A stretch of DNA of 64,000 bases. It comes from an uncultured Desulfobacter sp. Its GTDB lineage: Bacteria > Desulfobacterota > Desulfobacteria > Desulfobacterales > Desulfobacteraceae. The stretch spans positions 1,536,001 to 1,600,000 of the forward strand of contig OY762069.1 of NCBI GenBank assembly GCA_963665095.1. The letters are read 5' to 3'. Position 1 is the stretch's first letter; every line of letters starts with the position of its first letter. This document shows positions 17,253 through 26,903 of this stretch, in pieces. Below the pieces are notes generated by a model. It had not been told where the DNA came from, made no database searches, and saw nothing but the letters and a program-made list of their open reading frames with translations. Both the position numbers and the translations under genes were made by a program.

Positions 17253-18358
17253 GCACCACACTGCCGTCCCCGATTTCAGCCGGAATGTCACAGACCGCAG
17301 GCTTTTGCCCAGGCCTCTACCAACGCCCCCTGGTCTGCCCGGTCGGTCATCTGAAAATAGTCAATGGTCTGTTCGTCTATGGGGAAAAACCCCATGGTGG
17401 CGCCGTATTCAGGCGACATATTGGAGATGGTGGCACGGTCCGGTACTTTGAGGTGTTTAAGACCCGGCCCATAAAACTCCACAAATTTTTCCACCACATT
17501 CATCTGCCGCCGGCGGTTGGTGACGGTCAGCACCAGATCTGTGGCAGTCACACCAGGGGCAAGCTTTCCGGTGAATTCCACGCCAATGACATCAGGAAGC
17601 GGCATGAAATAAGGCTGGCCCAACATGACCGCTTCGGCTTCAATGCCGCCAACCCCCCAGCCCAGCACGCCAATGCTGTTGATCATGGTGGTATGGGAGT
17701 CCGTGCCCACCAGGGTATCGGCATAAAGCAGGTCGTGGGTATCGGTTTTCGCCTGCATGGCACCCCGGCCCAGGTACTCCAGGTTGACCTGGTGGCAGAT
17801 CCCGGAGTTGGGCGGAACCACCCTGAAGTTATCAAAGCTTGCCTGGGCCCATTTTAAAAGGCGGTAGCGCTCCTCATTGCGCTCATACTCTTTGGCCACA
17901 TTCTTCTGTTGGCAATCCCTGGTGCCGTGGAAATCCACCTGAACGGAATGGTCCACCACCAGCTCCACCGGAATCATGGGGTTGACCAGGGAAGGGTCTT
18001 TGCCTGCCTCAGAAAGAGCATCACGCATGGCCGCCAGATCCACTACGGCGGGAACGCCGGTGAAATCCTGTATTAAGACCCTGGCCGGATAAAACGGAAC
18101 CTCAACCGAAGTATTCCCCTTTGCCGACCAACGGGCTGCAGCCATCACATCGCTGGAAGAGGCGTGACCGCCAGCAGATTTGCGCAACAGATTTTCCACG
18201 AGCACCCGAATGGAAAATGGCAGCCTGGCCAGTGCAGCCCCAGCCTTTACATCCAGATAATGAAGGTTATAAAATAGACAGGTCTGATCACCGACCTGGA
18301 TCTCATCCATAAAATCATCCGCATTTAAGACGGTAGGATTGACTTCACTGGTCCCCAT
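17253..18358 (-). pseudogene. acnA: Aconitate hydratase AcnA, truncated remnant
   Basis: RVLIQDFTGVPAVVDLAAMR, GICHQVNLEYL, GTDSHTTM; stops at 356 aa (full length is ~900 aa); out-of-frame EIGDGSVV residue follows. Confidence 0.9.
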
Positions 18359-18516
18359 TTATTGTCTCCTTGCCTGGTTTAATTTCCGGGTTTAATTACC
18401 GGGCTTCAGGCAATGCCTGTTTTTTTATCTGCTGTTTTCCTGTTTATAGTTTTATCCGCTTTTGACTTGATTGGATTGGATTGACTGGCTGAATCGATTG
18501 GTGAAATTGGTAATTT

Positions 18517-18906
18517 TCATTCTTTCGAATTCTTAAGACAATCTCGAATGGCGGCAATCAGCAGTTCAGACGGATCGGTTTTGGTCAGAAAGGCCTTTGC
18601 ACCAGCCTTGCACATGTCTTTGGCAAGGTCCGGGTCCGTGTGCATGGAGAACCCGATCACACAAATATCAGGTTGCAGGGCCAGAACCTGCTCGGTCACT
18701 TCAATACCGTGCATTTCGCCCAAATCTATATCCATAATGATAACATCCGGAGAAAGCGTATAGGCAAGCTCCATGGCTTTTACCCCATCTTGCGCATCTC
18801 CCAGAACCTGGAAATCTGGTTCCAGCTCCAGAATAATCTTAAGCGCATCCCGCATGGCCTGGTGATCATCCACAATTAAAATTTTGATAGTCTCTTTTTC
18901 TGTCAC
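18517..18906 (-). CDS. Stand-alone NarL-like response regulator receiver protein
   Basis: ILIVDDH, DVIIMD, FSMH, FLTK; no output domain. Confidence 0.88.
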   Translation of the reverse strand: MTEKETIKILIVDDHQAMRDALKIILELEPDFQVLGDAQDGVKAMELAYTLSPDVIIMDIDLGEMHGIEVTEQVLALQPDICVIGFSMHTDPDLAKDMCKAGAKAFLTKTDPSELLIAAIRDCLKNSKE

Positions 18907-19350
18907 GGATGCCTCTTTCTAAGTTTTTTCCTTAACAAACCTCCACCACTTTGGATTTATTTGAAATTTACCACCGGAAAGAATTGTTGAACAATGAGGG
19001 GAACCCCGCATTTGAGCATGCAAATGTATGCATTTTAGAAAATTAAGATAAGTTTTCACCGGCGTGCAAAAGGTCACACTGCAGGATGTAAATATTCACT
19101 GGTTGCAAGAAGAGTGGTATTGACAGGTTATTTCATGATTTCAGATGGACTGCTGTCAGGAATATGGTTCGGTCCGGAATTCCTGAGGGCGTTGGCATGA
19201 AAATCACCGGGCATAAACCAGGGCGATTTTTTAATGATACAGTATTATAAGTGATAAAGATTTAAAAGATGGTGTAAAGCCGCAGCCAGTCTATCTTTCA
19301 GGACAGTGATATTTTGTTTTGGGCACAATTGGAGCACAATGGCTCCCCCC

Positions 19351-19389
19351 AAAAACAAAAAGGATTCTCAAGAAAACTTGAAAACCCTC
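19351..19389 (-). terminator. Rho-independent terminator after tRNA-Phe
   Basis: AGGGTTTTCAAG-TTTT-CTTGAGAATCCT stem followed by a T-rich run on the minus strand. Confidence 0.6.
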
Positions 19390-19406
19390 GCTGCTGTTGT
19401 TTGTTG

Positions 19407-19482
19407 TGGTGCCCAGGAACAGAATTGAACTGCTGACACGGGGATTTTCAGTCCCCTGCTCTACCGACTGAGCTACCTGGGC
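19407..19482 (-). tRNA. tRNA-Phe (GAA)
   Basis: GCCCAGGTAGCTCAGTCGGTAGAGCAGGGGACTGAAAATCCCCGTGTCAGCAGTTCAATTCTGTTCCTGGGCACCA; cloverleaf with encoded CCA. Confidence 0.97.
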
Positions 19483-19501
19483 ACGTCAAACAACGAGAGC
19501 T

Positions 19502-19530
19502 TTTATATGTTCTTTGGGCTTTTTAGTCAA
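19502..19530 (-). promoter_or_regulatory. sigma70 promoter of tRNA-Phe
   Basis: TTGACT-17 nt-TATAAA just upstream of the tRNA. Confidence 0.7.
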
Positions 19531-19557
19531 GCAAAAAATAAGAAACTTGTTAAGAAA

Positions 19558-20301
19558 TTATTTTCCTTTGCCCATATCCCCGATAATGAACTGGATCAGT
19601 GCGGCAGCACACACTGCGGCTGTTTCAGCTCTAAGAATCCTTGGGCCAAGGGAATAATTTGTAAAACCGGCCTGTTGGGCAAGTTCGATCTCTTGGGCCT
19701 CAAATCCGCCCTCCGGTCCGATTAAGATAATGGCACTTTTATTTTCTGTCTGTTGTTCCGGACCCATGAGGGGCTTTTGGGACGCTTCCCAGAATGCATA
19801 CTTGTTTGTGTAGGTTGCTGAGATATCCAGCACTGTCTGAAAATCCACAGGCGGCACAATATCAACCAGACAGGACCGGCGGCACTGTTTCAGGGATTCT
19901 TTGGCAATGGTTTGCCATCTTTGTACCTGCTTTTCTTCTTTGCCTTTGCCTGGCATGGGGATGGATCGTGTGCTGTAAAATGGAATCCATCTGGTTACGC
20001 CGACCTGGGTGATATGCTTGATAATTTCATCCATTTTATTGTGTTTCAGCATGGCTGAGCAAAGGGTTAAATGTAAATTTGATTCTGTGGCAGATAATTT
20101 TTTTTCTAAAATATTGACGATCACCCCTTCAGGCCGCACCTGTTCTATCTGTCCTGAAAAGTCAGTGCCGCAACCATTGGTCATTGAAATGTTATCACCG
20201 GGTTTAAGCCGAAGGACCTTGGCGATGTGGCGTGCGTCCTGGCCTTTGATGGACACTTTTCCAGCTGTTTGTTCATCCTGAGTAATAATAAATTTCTGCA
20301 T
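19558..20301 (-). CDS. rsmE: 16S rRNA m3U1498 methyltransferase
   Basis: HIAKVLRL; IGPEGGF; LGPRILRAETA. Confidence 0.96.
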   Translation of the reverse strand: MQKFIITQDEQTAGKVSIKGQDARHIAKVLRLKPGDNISMTNGCGTDFSGQIEQVRPEGVIVNILEKKLSATESNLHLTLCSAMLKHNKMDEIIKHITQVGVTRWIPFYSTRSIPMPGKGKEEKQVQRWQTIAKESLKQCRRSCLVDIVPPVDFQTVLDISATYTNKYAFWEASQKPLMGPEQQTENKSAIILIGPEGGFEAQEIELAQQAGFTNYSLGPRILRAETAAVCAAALIQFIIGDMGKGK

Positions 20302-20481
20302 ACTTTTTTAACTCTGATCCAGGTAAATATTAAATCGTCTTTGCCCCTCAGCCCTTTGGGGCAATATCCTGCTTTATAATATGCAAAGAAGGACAAGACC
20401 ATTGTTTTTTTCACTGTATTCATTGGAAAAAGATAGGCCCCGTCTGTTCGCACTCCCTGATTTATGATAAAAAAGGTGCCC

Positions 20482-21099
20482 ATGAAACCGATTAATCAAA
20501 AACCTATTATTCTTGCCTCTGGATCTCCACGCAGAAAAACGCTTATGAACCAGGCAGGTTTAGCATTTAAAATACATGTAGCAGACATTGACGAATCAGG
20601 CGTAGATGTGAATATGGCACCTAAAGATTACGTCAACTTATTATCCAGAATGAAAGCCCAGGCTGTTGCCGGCAGTTATCCTTACGCATGGACCATTGGC
20701 GCAGACACCATTGTAGCTGTGGATAACGCCATTTTAGGAAAACCCCGGGACCGAGACGAGGCAGTTGCCATGCTCAACCGGTTGAGCGATACAGATCACT
20801 TTGTCTATACTGCGTTCACTATTGTCCGGCCAGAGACGGACCAGATGGTTGCCAGAGTTATTGACACCCGGGTACGGTTCAAAAAACTGTCAATTGATGA
20901 GATCAACTGGTATGCTGATACCAAGGAGCCCTATGATAAAGCCGGCGGATACGGAATACAGGGTATTGGCGCTTTTATGGTCAAAGAGATATCTGGTTCT
21001 TATACAAATGTCGTGGGCCTGCCGGTGTGTGAACTGATAAATGTACTTACACAGATTGGGGCTGTAAGTTTTAAGGAAAGCCAAACCAATGAGCATTAA
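20482..21099 (+). CDS. maf: Maf-family nucleotide pyrophosphatase
   Basis: ILASGSPRR, IGADT, DKAGGYGIQ, NVVGLP. Confidence 0.95.
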   Translation: MKPINQKPIILASGSPRRKTLMNQAGLAFKIHVADIDESGVDVNMAPKDYVNLLSRMKAQAVAGSYPYAWTIGADTIVAVDNAILGKPRDRDEAVAMLNRLSDTDHFVYTAFTIVRPETDQMVARVIDTRVRFKKLSIDEINWYADTKEPYDKAGGYGIQGIGAFMVKEISGSYTNVVGLPVCELINVLTQIGAVSFKESQTNEH

Positions 21100-21778
21100 A
21101 AAAAATATTGACAAGATTCGTGAATCAATCATACGTGCCGCTGAAAAAAGCAGCCGGAACCCTGACGAGGTAACCCTTGTTGCAGTGAGCAAAAGAAAGC
21201 CTGCAAAGATGATCAGGCAGGCCATTGATGACGGGCAAAAGGATTTTGGAGAAAACTATATTCAGGAGGCCATGGAAAAAATTGATGTCATTGGCAGGGA
21301 TGCGGCCACCTGGCATTTCATCGGCCACCTTCAGTCCAATAAAGCGAAATTTGCCGTAAAATACTTTGATCTGATCCACACAGTTGACTCGGTCAAGCTT
21401 GCCACAGAGATTGATAAACAGGCGGCCAAGCTTGATAAAATACAGCATATTCTGCTTCAGGTGAACATTGCCCTGGAGACTACAAAATCCGGAGCTGCGG
21501 CAGGCGAGATCAAGGACATAGTCCGTCAGGTTGATGCTCTTGAGAACTGCCATCTTGACGGCCTGATGTGTATGCCGCCTTTTTTTGATGACCCTGAAGA
21601 GGCCCGTATCTATTTTAAAAAACTCAAACAGATCAGTATGGATATTGATGAACTCGGCCTGGCCAATTCCACTATGGCACATCTGTCCATGGGTATGAGC
21701 AATGATTTTTGTGTGGCAGTGGAAGAAGGAGCCACCCTTGTTCGCGTGGGAACTGCCATTTTTGGGGAAAGACAGTGA
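21089..21778 (+). CDS. yggS: PLP homeostasis protein YggS
   Basis: VAVSK, FGENYIQE, WHFIGHLQSNK, LSMGMS, VRVGTAIFG. Confidence 0.96.
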   Translation: MSIKKNIDKIRESIIRAAEKSSRNPDEVTLVAVSKRKPAKMIRQAIDDGQKDFGENYIQEAMEKIDVIGRDAATWHFIGHLQSNKAKFAVKYFDLIHTVDSVKLATEIDKQAAKLDKIQHILLQVNIALETTKSGAAAGEIKDIVRQVDALENCHLDGLMCMPPFFDDPEEARIYFKKLKQISMDIDELGLANSTMAHLSMGMSNDFCVAVEEGATLVRVGTAIFGERQ

Positions 21779-22311
21779 AAATTCTTCTTCATGCCTGCTG
21801 TGGACCCTGCACCATTTATCCACTTGAAACCCTGCGCAACATGGACATGGATGTTATGGGATATTTTTACCGCCATAATATTCATCCCTTTACCGAATGT
21901 ATGAGACGCGAAGAGACCTTAAGGGCTTATGCTGACCAGGCGAACTTAAAAATGGTCTGGCAAAAAGGATACGAGCTTGAAAAATTTTTACAGGCTGTCA
22001 CATTCAGGGAGCAAAACAGATGCAGGTACTGTTATCATGCCCGCCTTAAGGCTGCCGCCTTAGTGGCCAAAAAGGGAAACTTTGACGGATTCACTACCAC
22101 CCTGCTCTATTCAAAATTCCAGAACCATGATTTGATCACAGAAATCGGACAGGCTTTGGCCAGACGCAATGGACTGAAGTTCATCTACCATGATTTCCGG
22201 GAGGGATGGAAGCAGGGGATCGAAACTTCAAAGGATCTTGGCATGTACCGGCAGCAGTACTGCGGCTGCATCTACAGCGAAAAGGACAGATATTTTAAGG
22301 AATCCATGTAA
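21775..22311 (+). CDS. queH: Epoxyqueuosine reductase QueH (DUF208)
   Basis: LLHACCGPC, RCRYCY, YRQQYCGCIYS; GTG start overlaps the yggS stop. Confidence 0.9.
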   Translation: MKILLHACCGPCTIYPLETLRNMDMDVMGYFYRHNIHPFTECMRREETLRAYADQANLKMVWQKGYELEKFLQAVTFREQNRCRYCYHARLKAAALVAKKGNFDGFTTTLLYSKFQNHDLITEIGQALARRNGLKFIYHDFREGWKQGIETSKDLGMYRQQYCGCIYSEKDRYFKESM

Positions 22312-22314
22312 CGG

Positions 22315-24552
22315 CTAACTTCCGTTTCCGTTACCAACCTGGCTCTTTTTCATCTGGTTGTAAATAGAAACCAGCTTACGGTCTGTCTCGTTCAAACGGT
22401 CTGCAAGAACAGTGAATAGATGCCTGGCCACATCCGGATATTTTTCGATAACCTCCCCAAGTTTGTCCCCGGGAAACCGTTTAACTTTGGAGCGACCTTT
22501 TGACACAATGGAGGCAGACCGGGCCGTGCCGGTAATGGCCGCCATTTCTCCAAAATACTCTCCGGGCTGGGAAATTTCCGCAATCTTTTTCCCGCCTTTG
22601 ACCACATGGACTGAGCCCTGGACCAGTTTGAAGAAATCAATGTCTGTATTGCCTTCCCTGATAATGACATCCTTGTCCTCATATTGTTCAATGTCGGGAT
22701 TTACCAGGTAGGCAGGTAAAGATTCCTTTGTAATAACGGTTTTTCTAAGTACCTCTTCAAGGGAGGTCTCGCCCGATTTTATCTTGACAAGGCCTGCATC
22801 CCTCAAGGTTATCATACCTTCGGATACGGCTACCTTACGAAGCTGGTCTTCCGCCACCTCAGCCGAGATTGCTTTGGCAACTTCATCGGTGACTTCCATT
22901 AATTCATAGAGCCCCACCCGGCCTTTGTATCCTGTACCGTTGCAGCGGGAACAGCCTTTGGGCCCGTAAATGGTCAGATCAGGGATATCATCCTTGGAAA
23001 ACCCATGCATTTCCAGGTCTTCGGGATTATGGCCAGTGACCACCTGCTTACATTCAGGGCACAGGCGCCGCCCCAGGCGCTGGGACAAGATCATACTAAC
23101 GGATGCGGCAAGCATATAAGGCGGAATGCCGATATCCACAAGACGCCCAATGGTAGACGGGCAGTCATTGGTATGCAGGGTGGCAAAAACCAGATGGCCG
23201 GTCATGGCGGCCTTGATGGCGATTTCAGCTGTATCCATGTCCCGGATCTCACCCACCATGATAATATCGGGATCCTGGCGCAGAAAGGCTTTTAATGCGG
23301 CGGCAAAGGTCATGCCCACCTCATTTCTCACCGGCACCTGATTAATCCCCTTAAAATTAAATTCCACCGGATCTTCTGCCGTAAGAATCTTGATATCGTC
23401 CTTATTCAGGCGGTTGAGGATGGAATACAGGGTCGTGGTTTTCCCGGATCCAGTCGGGCCTGTAACCAGAAGCAGACCATAGGGCCTTGAAATACAGCGT
23501 TTAAGCATTTCAAAAGTGCCGGGTTCAAATCCGAGCCGGGTCAGGTCAATGCTTAATGCGCTCTGGTCCAGAATACGCATGACGATGCTCTCGCCAAACA
23601 AAGTAGGCAGGGTGGACACCCGGAAATCAACCGATTTCTTTTTCCCCAGGCGCAATTTGATTCGTCCGTCCTGGGGCACGCGCCGTTCAGCAATGTCAAG
23701 GGATGCCAGAATCTTTATTCTGGAAATAACGGCATTTTTGATGGTCAAAGGAAGATTCATGGCCTTGTACATGCTGCCGTCGAGACGATAACGCACCTGG
23801 AATGATTTCTCAAAGGGCTCAATATGAATATCTGATACCCCGTCATTAATTGCCTTGGTCAGGATCCCGTTCACCAGCTTGATAATAGGTGCGTCCGATG
23901 CCATGAACTCATCCGGGCCGGTATCGGTATCATGAATACCCACCTCCACTTCCTCGGCAGCTTCGGAAACAAGTGATCCAAAGTCATCCACAGAGGTAAC
24001 CGGTTGTTCATCCTCGGCATCCTCTTCGAAATGAAGAAAGTTTTTATACTCTTCATCCGAAATTTTGTAAAAATCCCGATAGGCCTGAATGATATCATTT
24101 TCAGTGGCAACAAATACCCGTATATTTTTCTTGGTTTTTTTGCCAAGCTCAGCCACCACGTCCGTATCTGTAGGTTCGGCCATGGCGACATACAGATTGT
24201 CTTCTTTGAGCCTTAAAGGGAAAACCAGAAATTTCTTGGCTGTCTCGTAAGGCAGTGCATCAATGGCGTCCTGTTCCGGCTTAATCTCGGAAAATTTGAC
24301 TACACTGTAATTGTATAGTCTGCCAAGTACGTTAACGATGGTATCCGGATCAATATAGCCTTTCTGAAGCAGGATGCTTGACAGACGTTCCCCAGTCTTT
24401 TTCTGGAAGTCCAGCGCTTCGTTAAACATGATGGAGGTGATCTGTCCTTCTTTGGACAAAATCTCACCAATTTTAATTTTACCTGCACCAGACTGATCTT
24501 TGATGGTGGATTTAAGACTGGAACCGGCTTTTTTAACTGCTCCGTTGGCCAT
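22315..24552 (-). CDS. pilB: Type IV pilus assembly ATPase PilB with C-terminal cyclic-nucleotide-binding domain
   Basis: SDIHIEP, ERRVPQDGR, GPTGSGKTT, LRQDPD, TGHLVFATLHTND, tetracysteine; extra domain with FGEMAAITGTARSAS. Confidence 0.93.
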   Translation of the reverse strand: MANGAVKKAGSSLKSTIKDQSGAGKIKIGEILSKEGQITSIMFNEALDFQKKTGERLSSILLQKGYIDPDTIVNVLGRLYNYSVVKFSEIKPEQDAIDALPYETAKKFLVFPLRLKEDNLYVAMAEPTDTDVVAELGKKTKKNIRVFVATENDIIQAYRDFYKISDEEYKNFLHFEEDAEDEQPVTSVDDFGSLVSEAAEEVEVGIHDTDTGPDEFMASDAPIIKLVNGILTKAINDGVSDIHIEPFEKSFQVRYRLDGSMYKAMNLPLTIKNAVISRIKILASLDIAERRVPQDGRIKLRLGKKKSVDFRVSTLPTLFGESIVMRILDQSALSIDLTRLGFEPGTFEMLKRCISRPYGLLLVTGPTGSGKTTTLYSILNRLNKDDIKILTAEDPVEFNFKGINQVPVRNEVGMTFAAALKAFLRQDPDIIMVGEIRDMDTAEIAIKAAMTGHLVFATLHTNDCPSTIGRLVDIGIPPYMLAASVSMILSQRLGRRLCPECKQVVTGHNPEDLEMHGFSKDDIPDLTIYGPKGCSRCNGTGYKGRVGLYELMEVTDEVAKAISAEVAEDQLRKVAVSEGMITLRDAGLVKIKSGETSLEEVLRKTVITKESLPAYLVNPDIEQYEDKDVIIREGNTDIDFFKLVQGSVHVVKGGKKIAEISQPGEYFGEMAAITGTARSASIVSKGRSKVKRFPGDKLGEVIEKYPDVARHLFTVLADRLNETDRKLVSIYNQMKKSQVGNGNGS

Positions 24553-24569
24553 AGATGATCCTGAGACGC

Positions 24570-24785
24570 TTACGACTTTTTATAGTTTTTAAATACTCTG
24601 ATAAAACCGGCCCAAACCAGAAGAAATCCTAAGAAATAAAAACAGAATTTTACTATTCCGATTTTATTTTTAAAGAACTCAATGGTTTCAACCTGGGGGA
24701 TTACCTGGGGTACTCTTATAAAAAAAGCAATACCCACAGCAATCAAAACAATGCCATAATAAAATGATAAGGGTTGTTTGTCCAT
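24570..24785 (-). CDS. Small two-TM membrane protein
   Basis: Two hydrophobic segments; in the operon between ABC-F and pilB. Confidence 0.7.
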   Translation of the reverse strand: MDKQPLSFYYGIVLIAVGIAFFIRVPQVIPQVETIEFFKNKIGIVKFCFYFLGFLLVWAGFIRVFKNYKKS

Positions 24786-24786
24786 C

Positions 24787-26631
24787 TTAATTCACACTTT
24801 CAAGTTTGGATAGTTCCCGGTCAAATTTCTTTATAATTTTTTCTGCCTTTTCTGAAAATTCCTCAAGAGAAACAAAGAGATTTTCAATTTCGTTTTCAAG
24901 CCCGACATAAATTTTTGACAAGCCGGCAATCTTTAATCCATCCTGCTTTTCCGACGCTTCAAGCAGTTCCTGGTTCACGATTGCCATCTTCTTCTCTTTT
25001 TTTTCAATTTCGTTTTCAAGCTGTGCAATTTTTTTGTTTAATGGTGTCAGCTGTTTAGATTTTTCAGCAACAAGTTCTGACTTTTTTTTACGAAGGAGCT
25101 TCTTGGGAATGCCGGCTCCTTTATTCTTTTTGACCGGAGCCGTCTCTTCATCTTCCCATCCCTGCTTGTCCAGGAATTCCTGATAAGTACCTTCAAATAT
25201 CTCAATACCACTGGAAGTGAATACCACCAGACGGTTTACCAGCGCATGAAGAAACATCTCATTATGGGTGACAAGCACCACAGCCCCTTCAAAGGCATTC
25301 AAAGCTTCCACAAACGCATCACTGGACTCAATGTCAAGGTGGTTGGATGGCTCGTCAAGCAGCAGAAGATTTAATGGCCGTATTAAAAGCTTTCCCAGCA
25401 TCACCCGGGCTTTTTCACCGCCTGACAGGACGCTGATCTTTTTTAGTGCCGCATCCTGCTCGAACATCATGGCACCACAGATATTTCTGGCCTTTTGGCG
25501 CTCCATTTCAGGATAGGTAAGCAAAATTTCATCTTCCACAGTAAATTCAGGATTCAACGTCTGTACATTTGTCTGTTCAAAGTACCCCACTTCAACACCG
25601 GGATTGGGTTTAACCCAGCCGGAATCAGACGCCATCTGCTGGCTTAAAAGCTTGAGAAGCGTGGTTTTGCCCTTACCATTTTTCCCGATAATACCGATCC
25701 GGTCCTGGGGATAAACAGTCAAAGAAAAATCTTTAATCAGAGAAGAGTCTTTGTCATAGCCGAAACAAAGTTCATTTGCCGTGAGGACCTGCTTACCGGA
25801 AACGGGCAGGTAGTTAAAGGCGAATTCCAGATTTTTGACTTCAGCCAGTTTGTCTTTGGATTCAAGTTTGGATAACGTTTTTATCCTGGACTGAACCATG
25901 TTGGCCAGCCGGGCCTTGGCCCGAAACCGTGAAATAAACAGCTCTATCTCTTTCTTGCGCTTTTCCTCATTAACCCTGGTTTTTTCATAAATCTCCTCAT
26001 CCTGGGCCACCTGAAGATAGTATTTGGAGGTATCTCCCTGGATTTTTTTCATTTTCCTTCTGTGAATCCCCACGATATGGGTGACCACATTATCCATAAA
26101 CCCCCGGTCATGGGTTACCAGCAGCATCTCTCTGGGCCAGGCAACCAGAAATCCTGTGATCCAGCGAATGGAGGTGATATCCAGATAGTTGGTGGGCTCA
26201 TCAAGAATCAGAAGATCCGGCTCAGACACCAGGACTTTGGCCAGATTCAGGCGGACCTGGTAGCCCCCTGAAAACTGCAAGGGATCTTTCTGCATGGCCT
26301 GCTGTGAAAATCCAAGGCCTGCCAGAATTTTTTCCGCTTTCCAGAAATGATCCCGTTCGTGCTCCGGTAATCCAAGCATGGCCTCGTCCAGAACCGTTTT
26401 TTTTTCAAAATTGATATGCTGGGACAAAATACCGATCCGGTAACCGGCAGGTATGCTGATTCGGCCGTCATCCGGGTGATCCAGGCCTGCAATCATATTG
26501 AGCAGTGTGGTTTTTCCATGGCCGTTTCTTCCCACAAGCCCCACCCGTTCGCCCGAATTGATCTGCATCCCTGTATCTTCAAGCAAAACCTGATCTGCGA
26601 ATCCCTTGGAAATGGATTCTATATTCAGCAT
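24787..26631 (-). CDS. ABC-F family ATP-binding protein
   Basis: Two ABC domains (GRNGHGKTT/FSGG; GKNGKGKTT/LSGGE), no TM domain, C-terminal coiled coil. Confidence 0.93.
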   Translation of the reverse strand: MLNIESISKGFADQVLLEDTGMQINSGERVGLVGRNGHGKTTLLNMIAGLDHPDDGRISIPAGYRIGILSQHINFEKKTVLDEAMLGLPEHERDHFWKAEKILAGLGFSQQAMQKDPLQFSGGYQVRLNLAKVLVSEPDLLILDEPTNYLDITSIRWITGFLVAWPREMLLVTHDRGFMDNVVTHIVGIHRRKMKKIQGDTSKYYLQVAQDEEIYEKTRVNEEKRKKEIELFISRFRAKARLANMVQSRIKTLSKLESKDKLAEVKNLEFAFNYLPVSGKQVLTANELCFGYDKDSSLIKDFSLTVYPQDRIGIIGKNGKGKTTLLKLLSQQMASDSGWVKPNPGVEVGYFEQTNVQTLNPEFTVEDEILLTYPEMERQKARNICGAMMFEQDAALKKISVLSGGEKARVMLGKLLIRPLNLLLLDEPSNHLDIESSDAFVEALNAFEGAVVLVTHNEMFLHALVNRLVVFTSSGIEIFEGTYQEFLDKQGWEDEETAPVKKNKGAGIPKKLLRKKKSELVAEKSKQLTPLNKKIAQLENEIEKKEKKMAIVNQELLEASEKQDGLKIAGLSKIYVGLENEIENLFVSLEEFSEKAEKIIKKFDRELSKLESVN

Positions 26632-26903
26632 TCACTCCTCCTGTTCACCGACTGTGCTGAAAGGTTACCCCAATACCATAAAACCTGGCGTTTTAAGAAT
26701 CCGAATCATAGCACCGGCTTAATGATTTATAAATACCAGATTTTATTTAACTTGATTTTTGGCGGAAACTAATAGTAAACGTTTACTTTTGACAGGTTGC
26801 TGCCGCCCCAGTGAATTGTACCAGGCAGCATTCCCAGGCTCAATACAGCCAACTCACGAATTAACAATTATTATTTATAATTAACTTATAGCTGGTGATA
26901 AAT

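Noticed and set aside
17288..17290. TGA at the acnA end as selenocysteine or read-through
   Set aside because: The downstream similarity is in another frame and runs into dfx within about 50 bp, which indicates deletion rather than recoding
18376..18510. Tandem GGTTTAATT(T/A)CCG pair and degenerate GATTG repeats upstream of acnA
   Set aside because: Too short and irregular to assign; no spacer structure
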